A stretch of 64,000 nucleotides of DNA from Prorocentrum cordatum (lineage: Eukaryota): the NCBI GenBank assembly GCA_963575745.1, contig CAUYUJ010000165.1, forward strand, positions 1 through 64,000, written 5' to 3'. The notes below the pieces were generated by a model. That model was given only the letters and a program-made list of their open reading frames with translations. It ran no database searches and was not told where the DNA came from. A program made the translations under genes and the position numbers. Below, piece after piece: positions 1 to 12,837 of this stretch (its first letter is position 1; every line of letters starts with the position of its first letter).

Positions 1-267
1 ACCCCTCCTAAGCTACTTAGGGCACTTGCAACCCACTTATAAGCCAGGTTGGGCCAGATATAACCCACCTTGGCATCCACTTGTAACCCCCCTATCCACT
101 TAGGAACCCCCACGGTCATCCCAGCAAGACGCCGTCAAGGAGCCCCAAGAGACTCCCAAGAGGTCCCCAAGAGGCCCCCAAGAGGCCCTAAGAAGGGCTC
201 CAGGGCCGGCGGAATGAGCGAAGCGATTAAACAACTTCCCCCCGTCGCACCCCGAGGCAAGTTTTTA

Positions 268-680
268 GGGCGGGCCGGGCGTTTCGCCTAAGACTCCCTC
301 GCCACTTCTGACCCTGAAGCTTCAAAATTGACAAGAGCTTCACATATGGAGGGCGGGCCATTTTCAAAATGTGGCTCTCGCCTTAGCGCCGCGCACATTC
401 GTTAAACAAACATTCAAAGGTTTCACGTATTGAGGGCGGGCAGTTTGCAAAATGTGGCTCTCGCCTTAGCGCCGCGGACATTCGTTCTAAACATTTGCAA
501 GAGTTTCACGGATTGCGGGGAACCCGTTTTCAAATTGTGGCTCTCGCCTTAGCGCAGAACTCGTGCGTTTTAAAGATATTGCAAGACTTTCACGGATTGA
601 AGGCGGTTCCTTTGCAAAACGTGGCTCCCGCATTAACGCCGCGCGCAATCGTTTGAGCAGTTGCAAGAGTTTCGCGGCTT
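268..680. repeat. Dispersed element containing ~85-90-bp tandem units
   Basis: About four units of caaaatgtggctctcgccttagcgccgcgcacattcg; a homologous copy including the leader lies at ~37203-37500. Confidence 0.75.
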
Positions 681-2425
681 CCCATGATTAAATTACCGGA
701 CATTGTGTTTTGGAAAGATTCAGGGTGATCAGGGGGCAACAGTTACCTTCTCTCGCGGCGTTTGATTCCCAAGAATGGCGTTCTGGCACGATTCAAGATC
801 GCCAAAACGCAACAATTAGGTGGATCCGTGGCGTCGGAATCCCGAGAACAATGTTTTGGCGTGCTGCAGGGTCTTTAAACGGTTGTCTTCCAACGAGGCA
901 GTTCCCTCAGACACGGTACGTTGTAGGGACCTGTGAAGAGGGAGCTTGGAGGGAGGGTTTATGCCAGGATCGTTGATGACTCTTGGACTTACACTGGTCC
1001 TTCTCCTCCTCCTCCTCCTCCTCCTCCTCACTTTCCTCTTCCTCCTCATCCTCCGTTTCCTCCTCCTCCGCCTCCTCCTCCTGGGGGCCCCGCCCGACTC
1101 CTCCTGCCGAGGTTCGCACTCGAACCTCGCAGGTCGCGGGGGGGGGGGGGGGAGGGCGCTCTCGGACGTCCTGGCTCTGCTCGGGCCCGCAGGGAGCCTC
1201 CGAGGGGGGTTCCAGGGACCTGCGGGGGCCTCCGGTGGCTGCCACCCCGCGCTCCTCCTCCGCCTCCTCCAGGATCGGGGATCGAGGATCGAGGACCAAA
1301 GCGTTTTGTGCTTCGGGGGGCCCTGCTGGGGCTTGCGGAGGCCTCCGGGGAGCCCTCTCGAGTGCAGAGAGGGGGGAGGCGGGCAGGGCAGGTCAGGAGA
1401 AGCAGGACGAACAGGAGGGCAACGATGGAGGCGGGGAAGAAGGGGGAGGACGAGAAGGGGGAGAAGGAGGAGGGATCCAAGCGACAGAGGGCGAAAGGGG
1501 GGCGAGAGAGGGAGCGGGCCGAGGAGGAGAGGGAGGAGGGGAGACTCCGAGAGGAGGGGGACCGCGAGAGATGGAGGGAGGGAGGGATGGAGGAGGAGGA
1601 TCGCGCCCGAAAAAAACATCCGCTCGGATCTCGAGCCCCGTGCCGCTGGGCGCGCTGGCCGTGCTGTGGGCGCGCCGCCGCTGGGGCGATGCCCGGTGCA
1701 ACCGAGGCCGGCCACGCGCCTCGCCCGCCGGAGGCCTCGCGCGGGGCCCCGCCTGGCGGTGCACGGCCGCCGCTGGCCGGGCGGTGGCTGGCGGGCCAGC
1801 CCGCTGCCGGGCGCTCGCGGCGGGCGGCCGAAGGGCCGCACCTGCGCACGCCGGCGTCCGTGCTCGCGGCCCCCAGCCCCCCGTCCCTTGGGCGCCGCGT
1901 AATGGGGGGGTCATAAATGGGGGGGTGGCGAGGGTGGTCCGAAAAGGTGCCCAAATGGTACCTAAACGAGCCCCCTGGGGCTCTGGAGGGGCCCGAAAGG
2001 GGCACGAAAGGGGGCCTTTTCTGACCCCCCCATCTGTGACCCCCCCATTAAGCCACGCCCCCCGTCCCCTGGTGGCGGGGGAGGCCGGGCCACCCACTGT
2101 GCGGAAGGGAGGCACAGCAGGATGGGGAAACGCAGAGGGAGGGAGGGATTTTGCGTGCAAGAGGTGGGGGCTTACGTGCATGATCTGCGAGGACCGCTGC
2201 AGTAGTCCGTTCGAGTGGCGAGTCAGCCAGTCAGGAGGAGGAGAGCTGATGGGACAATAGGGGTGAGGTAGGCGGGGAGGGGGGGAGGAGGAAGAAGAGG
2301 AAGGAGGAGGAGGGGGAGGAGGAAAGGGGAACGGGGGCCAGAGCGGGAGGTGAAGGAGAAGGACGAAGCTTATGACTACAAAAAATCCAAGGGTCTCGTC
2401 GCATTGAGAGAAGCCAGACGCCTAC

Positions 2426-2484
2426 CTTGGGTAGGCGGCCTTCGGCAAGCATGGTCTGGTGGAGCGCCCAGCCGAGAATCCCTC
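2426..2484 (-). CDS. Putative exon H (GILGWALHQTMLAEGRLPK)
   Basis: AG|G acceptor, AAG|GTAGG donor, phase-compatible with exon G. Confidence 0.33.
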
Positions 2485-3369
2485 CTCGCCACCCCTCTCC
2501 GCGCTCTCCCCAGCAGTGAACGACAGAGGAGAGGAGGCGAGGGGTGCCCCCACGACACTTCCCCCAAACCCCACCGCACCGAACACAGCCCACCCGCACA
2601 CATGCTTCCACGCCTCACTCTTTCCCTGGGCTTGGGACTCGACTCGACTCGCGCCCTGTTCAGCCAAAGAAGGCTGGCCCCAGTCCAGGGGAGGAGCGGC
2701 ATGCCACAGCGGTGCGGTGCCCCGCGCCGAGCGGCGGGTGAGACATGTAGCTCGCTCTCAGTGCTGGAGGATCTTGAGCGGTGGGAGGGGCTTGGGAGGG
2801 AGGAACAAAAAGAAGCGGTGTGACGAGCGTGGCTTGAGCCCAAGTTGTCACCACACAACACAGGTCGTCGACACGCATGCTGCCGATCCTGACGTCTCGT
2901 AGCCATCGGAGGTCCCTGAAAGGGGGGATTGTGGCAGTTTCGGCGTGCGGGGGACTGTAGCAATGTCGGCCCGCGGCCCAAACGTGACACGACAGCCACA
3001 CAAGTCGTCGACACGCATGCTGCCACCCCTGACGCCACAAGGCCACCGGAGATTCCTGAAGGGGGGATTGTGGCAATTTCGGCCCATTTGGGGTTGTAGC
3101 ATGTAGCAATTTCGGTCCGCGACCAAAACGTGACACGACTGCGACCACATTCCCCCTGGAACATTGTGCAACATAACATACTGGCTATGCCCAGAGATCG
3201 GAAGTGAAACAATAAACGGAGACCAAAGAAAAGGAGGAGGAGTAGGAACGGGAGGACGAGAATAGCGGAGAGGCTCAGGAGGGACCACGTGGAGGAAGCA
3301 GAAAGGGAGGAGGAGGAGGAGGAGGGAGAGGAGAGGGAGGAGGGGAGGAGCGGTAGCAAGTAGGGAGAC

Positions 3370-3417
3370 CAGGCAATGAAGATGGCGAATGAAAGAACAG
3401 GCGGGTGAACGACCATC
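3370..3417 (-). CDS. Putative exon G (WSFTRLFFHSPSSLP)
   Basis: CAG|G acceptor, G|GT donor, phase 1 to 1, compatible with exons F and H. Confidence 0.3.
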
Positions 3418-3577
3418 CTGGCCACCGAGGAGCCCTCCCCCCATCGCACGTACCTACAGGATCAGAGGGGGGGGAGGGGCTGGAGTGATGGAGGAGGAGG
3501 CGGAGGAGGAGGGAAAGGGGAAAGAGACGGACGGAGGGAGGAGGACGGCGGAGGAGGGACACGGAAGGGGAGGGCAC

Positions 3578-3693
3578 CCCAGCAGCTGCATCCAAGCTGC
3601 TTTGTGTAGCGCAGGGCCCACACGCAGACAGCACAAGCAACGAAGCATATCACAAGCGAGGCGACGGAGGCCAGGACCGCCATGGGCGGGGCC
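3578..3693 (-). CDS. Putative exon F, hydrophobic segment (APPMAVLASVASLVICFVACAVCVWALRYTKQLGCSCW)
   Basis: TAG|G acceptor, G|GT donor, in frame with exon E; transmembrane-like stretch. Confidence 0.4.
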
Positions 3694-3799
3694 CTACGAG
3701 AAGCCAGCGCCATGACCGTACCCCCATGGCCGTTCTGCAACTCGCGTGCACCACAGAGGGGGGGCACGGACATCGAACGTGTCGGCCAGCACCGAGCCT

Positions 3800-4074
3800 C
3801 TGTGGGCCGGGTCTTCCACCACCACCACCGTAAGTTGGAGGAGGGAAGGAGGCGGAGGACGAGGAGGAGAAGAACGAAGAGAAGGAGGAGGAGAAGAGGG
3901 AGGAGGAGGAGGAGGAGGAGAGGAGAGGAGAGGCAGGAGGAGGAGGAGAATGAGGAGGATGAGAGAATGGCGGGAGGAGAAGGAGGAGGAGGAGGAGGAG
4001 GAGGAGGAGGACCCCCTCACCCTCGAACTGATGGTGGTGGTGGTGGTGGTGGTGGTAGAAAACAAGCCCATCAG
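3800..4074. mobile_element. MITE with ~40-bp TIRs enclosing GGA microsatellite (copy 1)
   Basis: Left ctg(a)tgggcc..ttccaccaccaccgtaagttggaggg; right ccctcgaactgatggtggtgg..aaaacaagcccatcag. Confidence 0.7.
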
Positions 4075-4080
4075 GCCCGC

Positions 4081-4149
4081 CTTAGGCACAGGCGTTGGCG
4101 GAGGTGGCCCCATGAGAGGCTGAGCCTGGAAATGATGTGCGCCAAGGCC
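4081..4149 (-). CDS. Host gene exon E (ALAHIISRLSLSWGHLRQRLCLR)
   Basis: CAG|G acceptor, AG|GC donor, phase 2 to 2. Confidence 0.5.
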
Positions 4150-7100
4150 CTGACCAGAACTGCGCGCGCGTGCGGAGGCCGGCCAGCCGAGCCCTGGAGC
4201 GGGCGGGCGGCGGCCAGATCCGCAGCCCGCCCGCGAGGCCGCAGTGCCGCGCGCGGCCCCGAGCGGGGCGAGCTCGGCAGGCAGACGCAGGGGAGGAGGA
4301 GGAGGAGGAGGAGGAGGAGGAGCATGAGGAAGGAATAGGAGGCGGAGGAAGGAGTAGGAGGGGAGGGAGGAGGAGGAGGAGTAGGAGGAGCAGGAGGAGG
4401 ATAGGGAGGAGGAGGAGGAGAGGAGGATAGGAGGAGGAGGAGGAGCAGGAGGAGGAGGAGGAGGAGCAGAGGAGAATAGTGGAGAGGAGGAGGAGGAGGA
4501 GGACGAGGAGGAGGAGGAGGAAGAGGAGGAGGAGGGGGGCGCGAGGAGGCACGGGCCCCCCTCGCGGGCGGCGGTGGACCGAGCGGGCCGTGGGCAAAGA
4601 GGCCCGCGGCCCAGCGCGAGGACGAGCGACTGCAGACGTCAGCCTGCCCGACGCGCGATGAGGATGCAGGGGCCTCTTGGGACTTTGCGAGCGGGGCGCG
4701 GTCGGCGAGAGCGGCCATGGACGGGCCGACGGGGAAGGATGCCAAGGGTGACCTTGGAAGGTCGCTCCTCCTCTTTGTGCGGGTTGCCTGCATGAGCAGA
4801 GAGCCAGAGCGACGCGAAGAGCGGCTGCCCCCTAGAAGGAAGCGACAACAAGCGAGAATCGGAGAATCGGTGGGGACGCCAGGCGGCGCGCGGGCCACCT
4901 CCTCCTCCCTCCTCCTCCTCCTCCTTCCTCCTCCTCCTCCTCCTCCTCCTCCTCCTCCGCACTCCTCCCTCCTCCTCCTCCCCCTCCCTCCTCCCCCTCC
5001 CTCCTCCTTCTCCTCCTCCTCCCCTCCTCTTCCTCCGCCTTCTCCTCCTCCTCCTTCTGGAGAGGTTGCTGAAGCGGGAGTCCGATCCGCACCCTCTCGG
5101 GTGCCTCCGCGGGTGCTCCAGGGGATGCGTAGGTTCGCACCCCCCCCCCCCCCCGAGGTCCACGCCCCGCCGGCCTCCGGAAGCCTCCGAGGGCCCGCCC
5201 AGCGAGCCATCCATGAGCGCTCGAGAACGTCCATGCGCGATGCGCGTCCTCGTTTCTGTTCCTCCGCCCCCTCGTCGGGTCGCTGGTCCGCCTGTGGAGC
5301 CTAGAGGGCACCTAGGAGACCCTCGCGTGCAAACGTCGGTCACCGAGGCCCCTCCGTGACAGGATCCCAGAGATCGTGCCGGATTGCGTCTGACAATGGC
5401 GGCGAGGACACCATCCCGAGGGAGGTTGAGGAGGAGGCGGAGGAGCAGGAGCAGACGAGGAGAGGATGTGGGAAGGGGGCAGAGAAGGAAGGCGAGGAAG
5501 CGGCAAGGGGGGAGAGGAGGAAAGAACGAAGCTGTGGAGGAGGAGGAGGAGGAGGAGGAGGAGGAGGAAGAGCGGGAGAAGGAGTGTGGAGAAGGAGGAA
5601 GAGGAGAGAAAGAGAGGAGTAGGAGGAGGAGGAGGAGGAGGAGAAGGAATTAAGAGGAGGAGGAGGAGAAGGAGAGAGGAGTGTGGAGGGGGAGGAAGCG
5701 AGAGGGAAATGGAGTGGTATGGAAAAATATCGTCGCCATGTGAACCGAGGAGGATGAGCGGGGGAAGAGAAGAATGGTAGTGATATTGTTAGGGACGAGG
5801 AATAATGATGAAGGAGAGGTGGAGGTGTGAGGAGGAGGAGGAGGAGGAGGAGGAGGAGGAGGAGGAGGGGCGGATGGGGGGTGGATGGGAGGAGGAAGCG
5901 GAGGGGGCAGGAGGAGGAAGAGAACGACGGACGACTACCGCTGAGAAACAAGAGAGGACAAGCATGGGCCCGGCAAGCCTCAGCCAGCCCTCCTTCTCCT
6001 CCTCGAGCACCTGAGGCGGCCAAGAGAGCCTCCCCCCATGCACGCTTGCCGCCCAAGGGACCGTGATGGCGGGACATGGTGGGATTGGTTGGCGGCGCGT
6101 CGCGCGGGGGGGGGGCTTCTGAGAAGGCGGCGGGCCTCCGAAGAAGGCAGTGGGGCTTCTCAGAAGCCCGCCCAGCATCCAAGAAGCTTCCTTGGAAGCC
6201 TCCGGGGCCGTCTGAGGCGGCCCCTGCCCCCCCCAACCAACAAAAGCCCTCCGCCGTCTCACAGGGCCGCCCTCCGGGGAGGAGGTGTGGAGGCGGAGGA
6301 GAGGAGGAGAGGAGGAGGAGGAGGAGAGGAGGTGGGAGGAGGACGGAGGAGGAGGGGGAGGAGGAGGAGGAGGAGGAGGAGGGGGAGGAGGAGGAGGAGG
6401 TGGAGGTGGAGGAATGGGAGGTGGAGGAGGAGGAGGGGTGGAGGAGGAGGAGGAGGAGGGCCCATCAGGGGCGCCAGCCCCTGAGAGGGCCCCGCCGAAC
6501 TGGAAGCGCAAGAGACCCCGGGCCTCCGACGTCGGAGTCAATCGATGCTTGCGGTGGTCCGCCACGTCAGGCCACGAGGGGCCGCTGTCGGGCCCGAGGG
6601 CCGCCAGCACACCACCCAGGGTGCAGGGGCCGGCCCGCGTGCGAAGGGGGTCGAGAGCTCCAGGGCCCGCTCTTTGGTGAGGCACCTCTCCTCCTCCTCC
6701 TCCTCTCTCAATCCCTCATCCCCTCCTCCTCCTCCTTACTCATCCTCCTACACTCATCTCATCCTCCTCCTGCCTCCTCCCCCTCCTGCTCCTCCTCCTC
6801 CTTCCTTGTTCAAGGCACTGGAGGTGTGGGCCTCTGGAGTTTCCTCAGGGAGTCCCGGGGAGAGGCCTGCGGCCGCCCCCGTGAGGGCCCGAGGCGGCAC
6901 CACACCCTGCGAAATGCTTAGGAAATCATGGGCTAAGAAATGCATAGTCTCAGAACTTGAATATAAAAAAAACCCAACATCTCCATTAAAATCTTAAGAT
7001 TTACATTGGAACGTTAAGAATAATCGAGGCTCTGGCCGAAAACTCAAGTTTTCTTAGGCATCGCCTACGGTGTAAACGTCCAACACACCGATCCTGCAGG

Positions 7101-7750
7101 AAGAGGACAATCCGCACTGCAAGGGCCCCTTTGCCCCTTGGGGAGCGGACCTCAGCTAACCGGCCCCAAGACACGAGGGAGGAGGAGGAGGAGGAGGAGG
7201 AGGAGGATGGAGGTGGGAGGGAGGTGGAGGAGGAGGAGGAGGAGGAGGAGGGGGCAGGAGCAGGAGGAGAGGAGGAGGGGGAGGAGGAGGAGGGGAGGTG
7301 GTGAGGAGGTGGAGGGGAGGTGGATGGAGAGGAGTAGGAGGAGGAGGAGGGAGGACGAGGAAGGTGGGGGAGGGAGGAGGTACTGAGTGGACTGCGGCCG
7401 CCCCCCGGGGGCAGATGGGGCTAGAAAAGTCCAACGCACGATTCCTGCAGAATGAGGACGATCGCACCTTCTTAGGGCCTACCTATGACCCTTGGGGTGC
7501 GGTCACCTTGCTTACTGGCCCCCAAGACAACTCCTCCATCCTCCTCCTCCCTCTCCCTCTCTTCCTCCTCCTACATCCTCCCCTCCTCATCCTCATACCG
7601 ACCCTTCCTCCTCCTCATACTCTCCCTCCCTCCCTTCCTCCTCCTCATTCCTCCTCCTCATGCCTCCTTCCTCCTTTCCCCTGCAGGGGTATCAAGCCGT
7701 GCCGCCCAAATCTGCTATCCCTAAGACAAACATGGGAACTTACGTTCGGC

Positions 7751-7937
7751 TACTCCAGAATTCGTAAGAAAGGGAGGGGGGTCTCATTTCGGGGGGGGGG
7801 TCTCCTCCAGGCTATCTTGGAGGGCCTGGGGGGGGTCTGGGGACGATGTTCTGGAGGGTTCTCCCACGGGGGAGGTCTGAAATGGCTTGTCTTGGAGGGT
7901 CCAGACCCCCTCCCTTTTATTACGAAATCTGGAGTAT
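7751..7937. mobile_element. MITE with ~33-bp TIRs
   Basis: tactccagaattcgtaagaaagggagggggg..t / agaccccctcccttttattacgaaatctggagta; sits between ~73-bp direct repeats at 7680-7753 and 7947-8020. Confidence 0.7.
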
Positions 7938-9844
7938 GGAGTCTTTCCTGCAGGGGTATCAAGCCGTGCCGCCCAAATCTGCTGTCCCTAAGACAAACAT
8001 GGGAACTTACGTTCGGCTACGTCTCCATTGGGCTATTCGGGATGAAAAGGGGTTCTTGCATTCCCGGTGAGAAAGGGGGGCGGGGCACGAGATGACGCCA
8101 CTTGGGCACCCCTTTGTCAGAAACAGTCGTCAGACGGCCGCCCCCAACGTAACGAGCACTGCTGCAGTGCTGTGACCCCTCAAACCTCTCTCGACTCTTT
8201 CCCCGCGACGCACTCCTTCAACGTTGTATAGTGTTCTGTGGACGGCCCGGGCTTGAGCAGGACCGATCGCATCACGAAGTCGGGGGTCTTGGGGCAACGG
8301 GCCACACCCAATAGAGATGCCATTTCTGGGAGAACGAAATCACAGCAAGTTGTGTGAATCCCCTACAATTTTGGATTTGCCCCGCATCCTTTTGTAGGAT
8401 TGTACCGTGGGGGGGATCATCAGATGCTTGGTCGAGGCTCTTGAAAATTGCGTCTGATATGCGACTTACAGGTGTACGTAAACTATGTGAGAAGCTTCTG
8501 CACAAACGGCTGACTACATAATGCCTGCAAGCTTCTGAAAGGCTCGTAAGAGGCGTACTACAAAGTTTTGTCGACACCTCCACAATGACTGCGAAAGGAA
8601 TGTCTGCATCGTGTAACAAATTTACTGCAAGCTTCTGGAAGATTGCTGGTAAGCTTTTTGCTGGCAAAGTGCAAACGTCTTCGAAGCTAAGCACTGCCCT
8701 ATGAAATGTCTGGTGTGCTCATGGCCCGAAGCCGGCGGATTGTTCTCGCAAGTGCACCTGGGGCCCCCAGTGAGTTGCAGCCGCGCTCCTCAGCTCTTCC
8801 TGCGGACGTCACCAGCTTCGCCGACGAGAACGTGGCAGGTTCGCACAAGGTTTGTTTCGCGCATGCGCTCGACCACGGTCGGAGGACGCCCGGGCACAAT
8901 GTACCGTTCACCGCCCTGGGTCGGAGGACGCCCAGACACGTGTTCTCCGCCCAGGCAGGTGCGGATGAAGACCATGCGGAGGAATTCTGCCATGCCCTTC
9001 CCAGGGCTCCAGGGCCCTCAAACACATGTTCCAAGCTGCGTAAACTGCTCGGAGGCGTTCCAAACGCTCTTGGAACTCATGGGAGAGGCTCCTGGCAGGG
9101 TTGCGAGAGGTTGTCGGAAAGCTTTTGAGAAACTCCTGGATGTGTTTTGTGAGAGGCTTACCGATGCTTGTGTAAAACTACGGAGAGGCTTCTCGGGACT
9201 GCGACATGCCTCTAGAAGGATTTGCACATGTCTGCGAGTAGCGTATACAAGAAATGTTGAGAGGCAGCCGGTATGTGTATCAGAAGCGCTAGTACAGCTT
9301 TGGACACAGCGTTGCGGAGCTTACTTACGATAAGTCTATTGGATAGGCTTCTGGAGAATGCTTGACACGTTCCAGATGAGTCGTTTGACACTTGAGACAA
9401 GTCGTGGGGCTCGGACGCTGTTCTGTCGCTCACCAGAATACCGTAACGCTCGCAAGCATATGGCGCGAGATGTTGATTGTATAGCGTGCGCTATTCATAT
9501 GTATATCATTATTGGCCCGGTCTGTACTATCTATTGCGCCAACTACAGTGTTCCGGTCAAGTGTGCCTTTCCCTGTTTGAGTCTGGATCTTCTTGTACGA
9601 CTAAAGTGGGCTGCTCTCTCTTCCCTGGCCTCGTTTCGCGAAACTGATTTGCAAGCCATTCAGCTGTCGGAGGTACCTTCGGAGAATAGCGAGCGCGACT
9701 TCATCAACAGCATCGCACCAATCTGGAGTCTTCTGGCACGCCGCTGGGGAAGCATCATGTCGACGGGAACACACCTAGTTCGCCAGAGAAGAATTCGCCG
9801 GCCCAACGGGCCAGAGGCGTGCTAAGATCTCCGGTAACTGGTTA

Positions 9845-11440
9845 ACAATTCTCTAGTTCGCGCGCGCGGGGCGGCCCCTGGGGGTCCCCGGACGAAAAGT
9901 ACCCCGGGCGAGTCCCGGCTGATCCCCGGGCGACTCCACCAGAGCGCTCCATCAGCGCACCAACAGGGCTCCGAGACGTCCCCGAGAGCCCCAAGAAAGG
10001 CCAAGAGGCCCCCAAGAGGCCCCCAAGATGGTACACGAGGGGTCCGACATGCCACAAGATCGCTCCACGACGCCCAAAATAGCCCCCAGACGCCCCAAGA
10101 GGCCTCCAAGAGCACTCCCAAGAGGGCCCCATGGGAGGCAAAATTCATTGCTTTTCCTTAGGCTTTTGAAAGATTTTGGAGCTTCCACCTTCTCGGCTTC
10201 CCGACGCCCCAAGACGGCCCAAGAGGCCCCCAAGCTCGCCCCAAGAGGGCCCAAGAGGCCCCCAAGAGGGCCCCAAGATGGCCCAAGAGGGCTCGAAGAC
10301 GGCCCAAGAAGCCTCCAAGACGGTCCAAAAGGGCCCCAAGAACGCCCCTAAAGGGGCCCCAGAGAGGGAACACGAAACAACATTTCGAGCCCTCGGCCCT
10401 AAGAAGCCCCCACGAGGCCCTAAGAGGCCCCTAAGAGGCCCCAAGAGGCCCCAGGAGGCCCTCAGGAGGCCCCCAAGAGTCCCCCAAGCGGCCCCAGGAG
10501 GCCCCCCAAATGCCCCCCCGAGCACGCAAGCAAGTGCAAGCGATGCTACAATGTGCTCTCCTTTCGGTAGACTCCCAACGGGGCCCCTACAGACTTGCAA
10601 CAAGCGTCAAGAACCTGCTCAAAAAAAAAGCACTGTCCAGGAGCGTTCACAAGTGCCGCGAAGAAGCCCTCCTTACGCCGGAAAGCCCGGAAAGCCGGGT
10701 GGGGTGAGCTGTTCTTCTCACCACCGCGCCCTCTCACACAATGGCTTCCGCACGCCGCCCAGAGCGCGACGTTCGGCTCATGCCCCCAGAACGCTCCAGA
10801 GCGCGCCAAAACGGCACCGGAACGCCCCCGAAACAATCCAAGCGGCCTCAAGTCGCCGAACAATCGTTCCAAATCGCCCAAGATGACCTCAAAATTGCCG
10901 TCGAGGCCGCCAAGAAGCCCCAAGAGAGCCTCAAGAGGCCCTCCAAGACGGCCATTACAATCAAAATTCGTCCCATTCCCAGAGGAACATGTACACTTCC
11001 CGCATGAACGGCGTTTCGAGTTTCACAGCGCCTCAGACTACGCAAATAGCCCCCAACATCGCCCCGAGACAGCCCAACAATCCGCTAAAATCGGCCCAAG
11101 ACGGCCCAAGATAACCCCAAGACGGCACAAGAGAGCACCAAGACCGCCCAAGAGGCGCCCAAAGGGGGATTCTGCCCCTAGGAGCACCTCAGAAGCCACC
11201 AACATCCCGCCAATAAGTCCCCCAAGACGCCCCAAGAACCACCCAAGAAGCCCAACAAGAAGCCCCAACGACCCCCAAACGGCCCTTACGGGGCCTCAAG
11301 AGGCTTCAACACTGCCTCCAAGAGGTTCCCGAGACGCCTGGCAAAAGAACCCCCAAAGCGCCGCATTGACACCAGGCCCTCGGGCAAACGGCAGACATGA
11401 GACTGCATGGGCTGGCGGAATGAGCGAAGCGATTAAATAA
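9845..11440. repeat. CCCCAAGA-rich repeat element ending in GGCGGAATGAGCGAAGCGATTAAA
   Basis: Short ggccccaaga units; the same terminus occurs at 203-231; a related tract lies at ~59745-60000. Confidence 0.6.
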
Positions 11441-11723
11441 TTACAGAAGCCACAGATTTGCTCTCCCCCCCCACTCCGCACTGTCTCTTGGGCATGGCAG
11501 TCCGACGCGGCCGCCCTCGATCGAAGACTGATCAGGATAGTCTGCGCAACCGGATCGATTGGCCGAAATCCCTTGCCGCCGCAGCAGCCTCGAACACGGG
11601 CCACAGCATAAAAGTGACGGGTGGAGATCTCCTGGTGCACACTCCCCCCCCCCCGGGGATCTCTGGAGGTCTCCAGGAGTCCTCCAGAGGCCTCCGAAGG
11701 CCATACAAGAGCCCCCCCTCGAG

Positions 11724-11893
11724 TCTATCCTTAAGTTGGGCCTGTCCCTCTACAGGGGGAAATATCCATAAATAGTGAGACAATAGTCGGGGAACCATGT
11801 TTTTAGTGTTTTTTGGAGCATTATTGGTATACTTTTTGACTATTTTGTTTTTTTCGTCCAAAGCCAGCCCGTAGGCGGACAGGCCCGCCTTAA
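11724..11893. mobile_element. MITE with AT-rich core (TIR tctatccttaagtYgggcctgtcc)
   Basis: Inverted termini; a related copy lies at 40193-40358. Confidence 0.65.
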
Positions 11894-12106
11894 GTCTACC
11901 CATCGGTCGGAAGAGTCAGGTAGAAATACGAAGTAGGAGGGCGTTGAAAGGAGATTGGGCCTCCGCCCGCCCCCCTTGGGACGACGCACGACGTGAAACC
12001 GCCCGACCCTTGAGGCAGGAAGGCGCCGAAAGCAGATTGGAACCCGGGAACCCAGGCCGATGGCTATCCCCGCAAGCGCAGCGCTCAGCGCAGGGGCTCA
12101 CCGCCT

Positions 12107-12284
12107 GAGAATTTTCTGAGGGTGCAGGGCTCAGGGTGAAATCCATATGGGCCCTTGCACCCCGAAGATCAATCCACCTCATGATCCACCGCCTGCAGAC
12201 TCAAGCATCGAAAATCCGTCGCAACGGCGGCGAAACGGCATTTCAGACTTCACCCTGTGCCCTCCACCCAAAAAGAAAATGCTC
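12107..12284. mobile_element. MITE with ~37-bp TIRs within a locally duplicated segment
   Basis: gagaattttctgagggtgcagggctcagggtgaaatc / gacttcaccctgtgccctccacccaaaagaaaatgctc; 12008-12105 is repeated at 12341-12438. Confidence 0.6.
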
Positions 12285-12668
12285 CGACCGCTCGCGCGGC
12301 GGGCACCCCGAAGCGGGCCCGGGCCTGGGCCACTCTCGATCCTTGAGGCAGGAAGGCGCTGAAAGCACATTGGAACCCGGGAACCCAAGCCGATGGTTAT
12401 CCCCCGCAGGCGCAGCGCTCAGCGCAGGGGCTCACCGCTCGCGCGGCGGGCACCCCGAAGCGGGCCCGGGGCCACTCTCGAAATGCGTTCCGCACTGTGC
12501 GGCGAGGGGGCCGGCGGCGTGCGGCAACAAGGGGGGCGCGAGGAGAGCAGCCCTGCGCCCTCGGGCATGGCAGGGCGCTCCTCGCAGGGCCCCCGTGGCT
12601 GGCGCCCCGGCGCTGGAAGCAGATGCAACCACCGATGGCCATCCTTCTCTGGTGATGCCCCGAGCCTC

Positions 12669-12837
12669 AAACAGGGCTAGGATCGGGATAAATCGCTCCA
12701 GAGCGTTCCGGAGCGCTCTCAGAGCGTTCCGGAACGCTCTGGAGCGGCCGCGGCGCCCAATACATCCTCCAAACCCGCCGATTCTCAGAGATTTCGAGTT
12801 ATCCCGATCCGATTTTGTCTCGATCTTCGCGTCGTTT
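12669..12837. repeat. Dispersed repeat with internal palindromes
   Basis: Near-identical copy at 22118-22287 (aaacagggctaggatcgggataa...ttatcccgatccgattttgtc). Confidence 0.8.

Noticed and set aside
11731..11893. TTAA target duplication (piggyBac)
   Set aside because: The second copy shows that TTAA lies inside the TIR.
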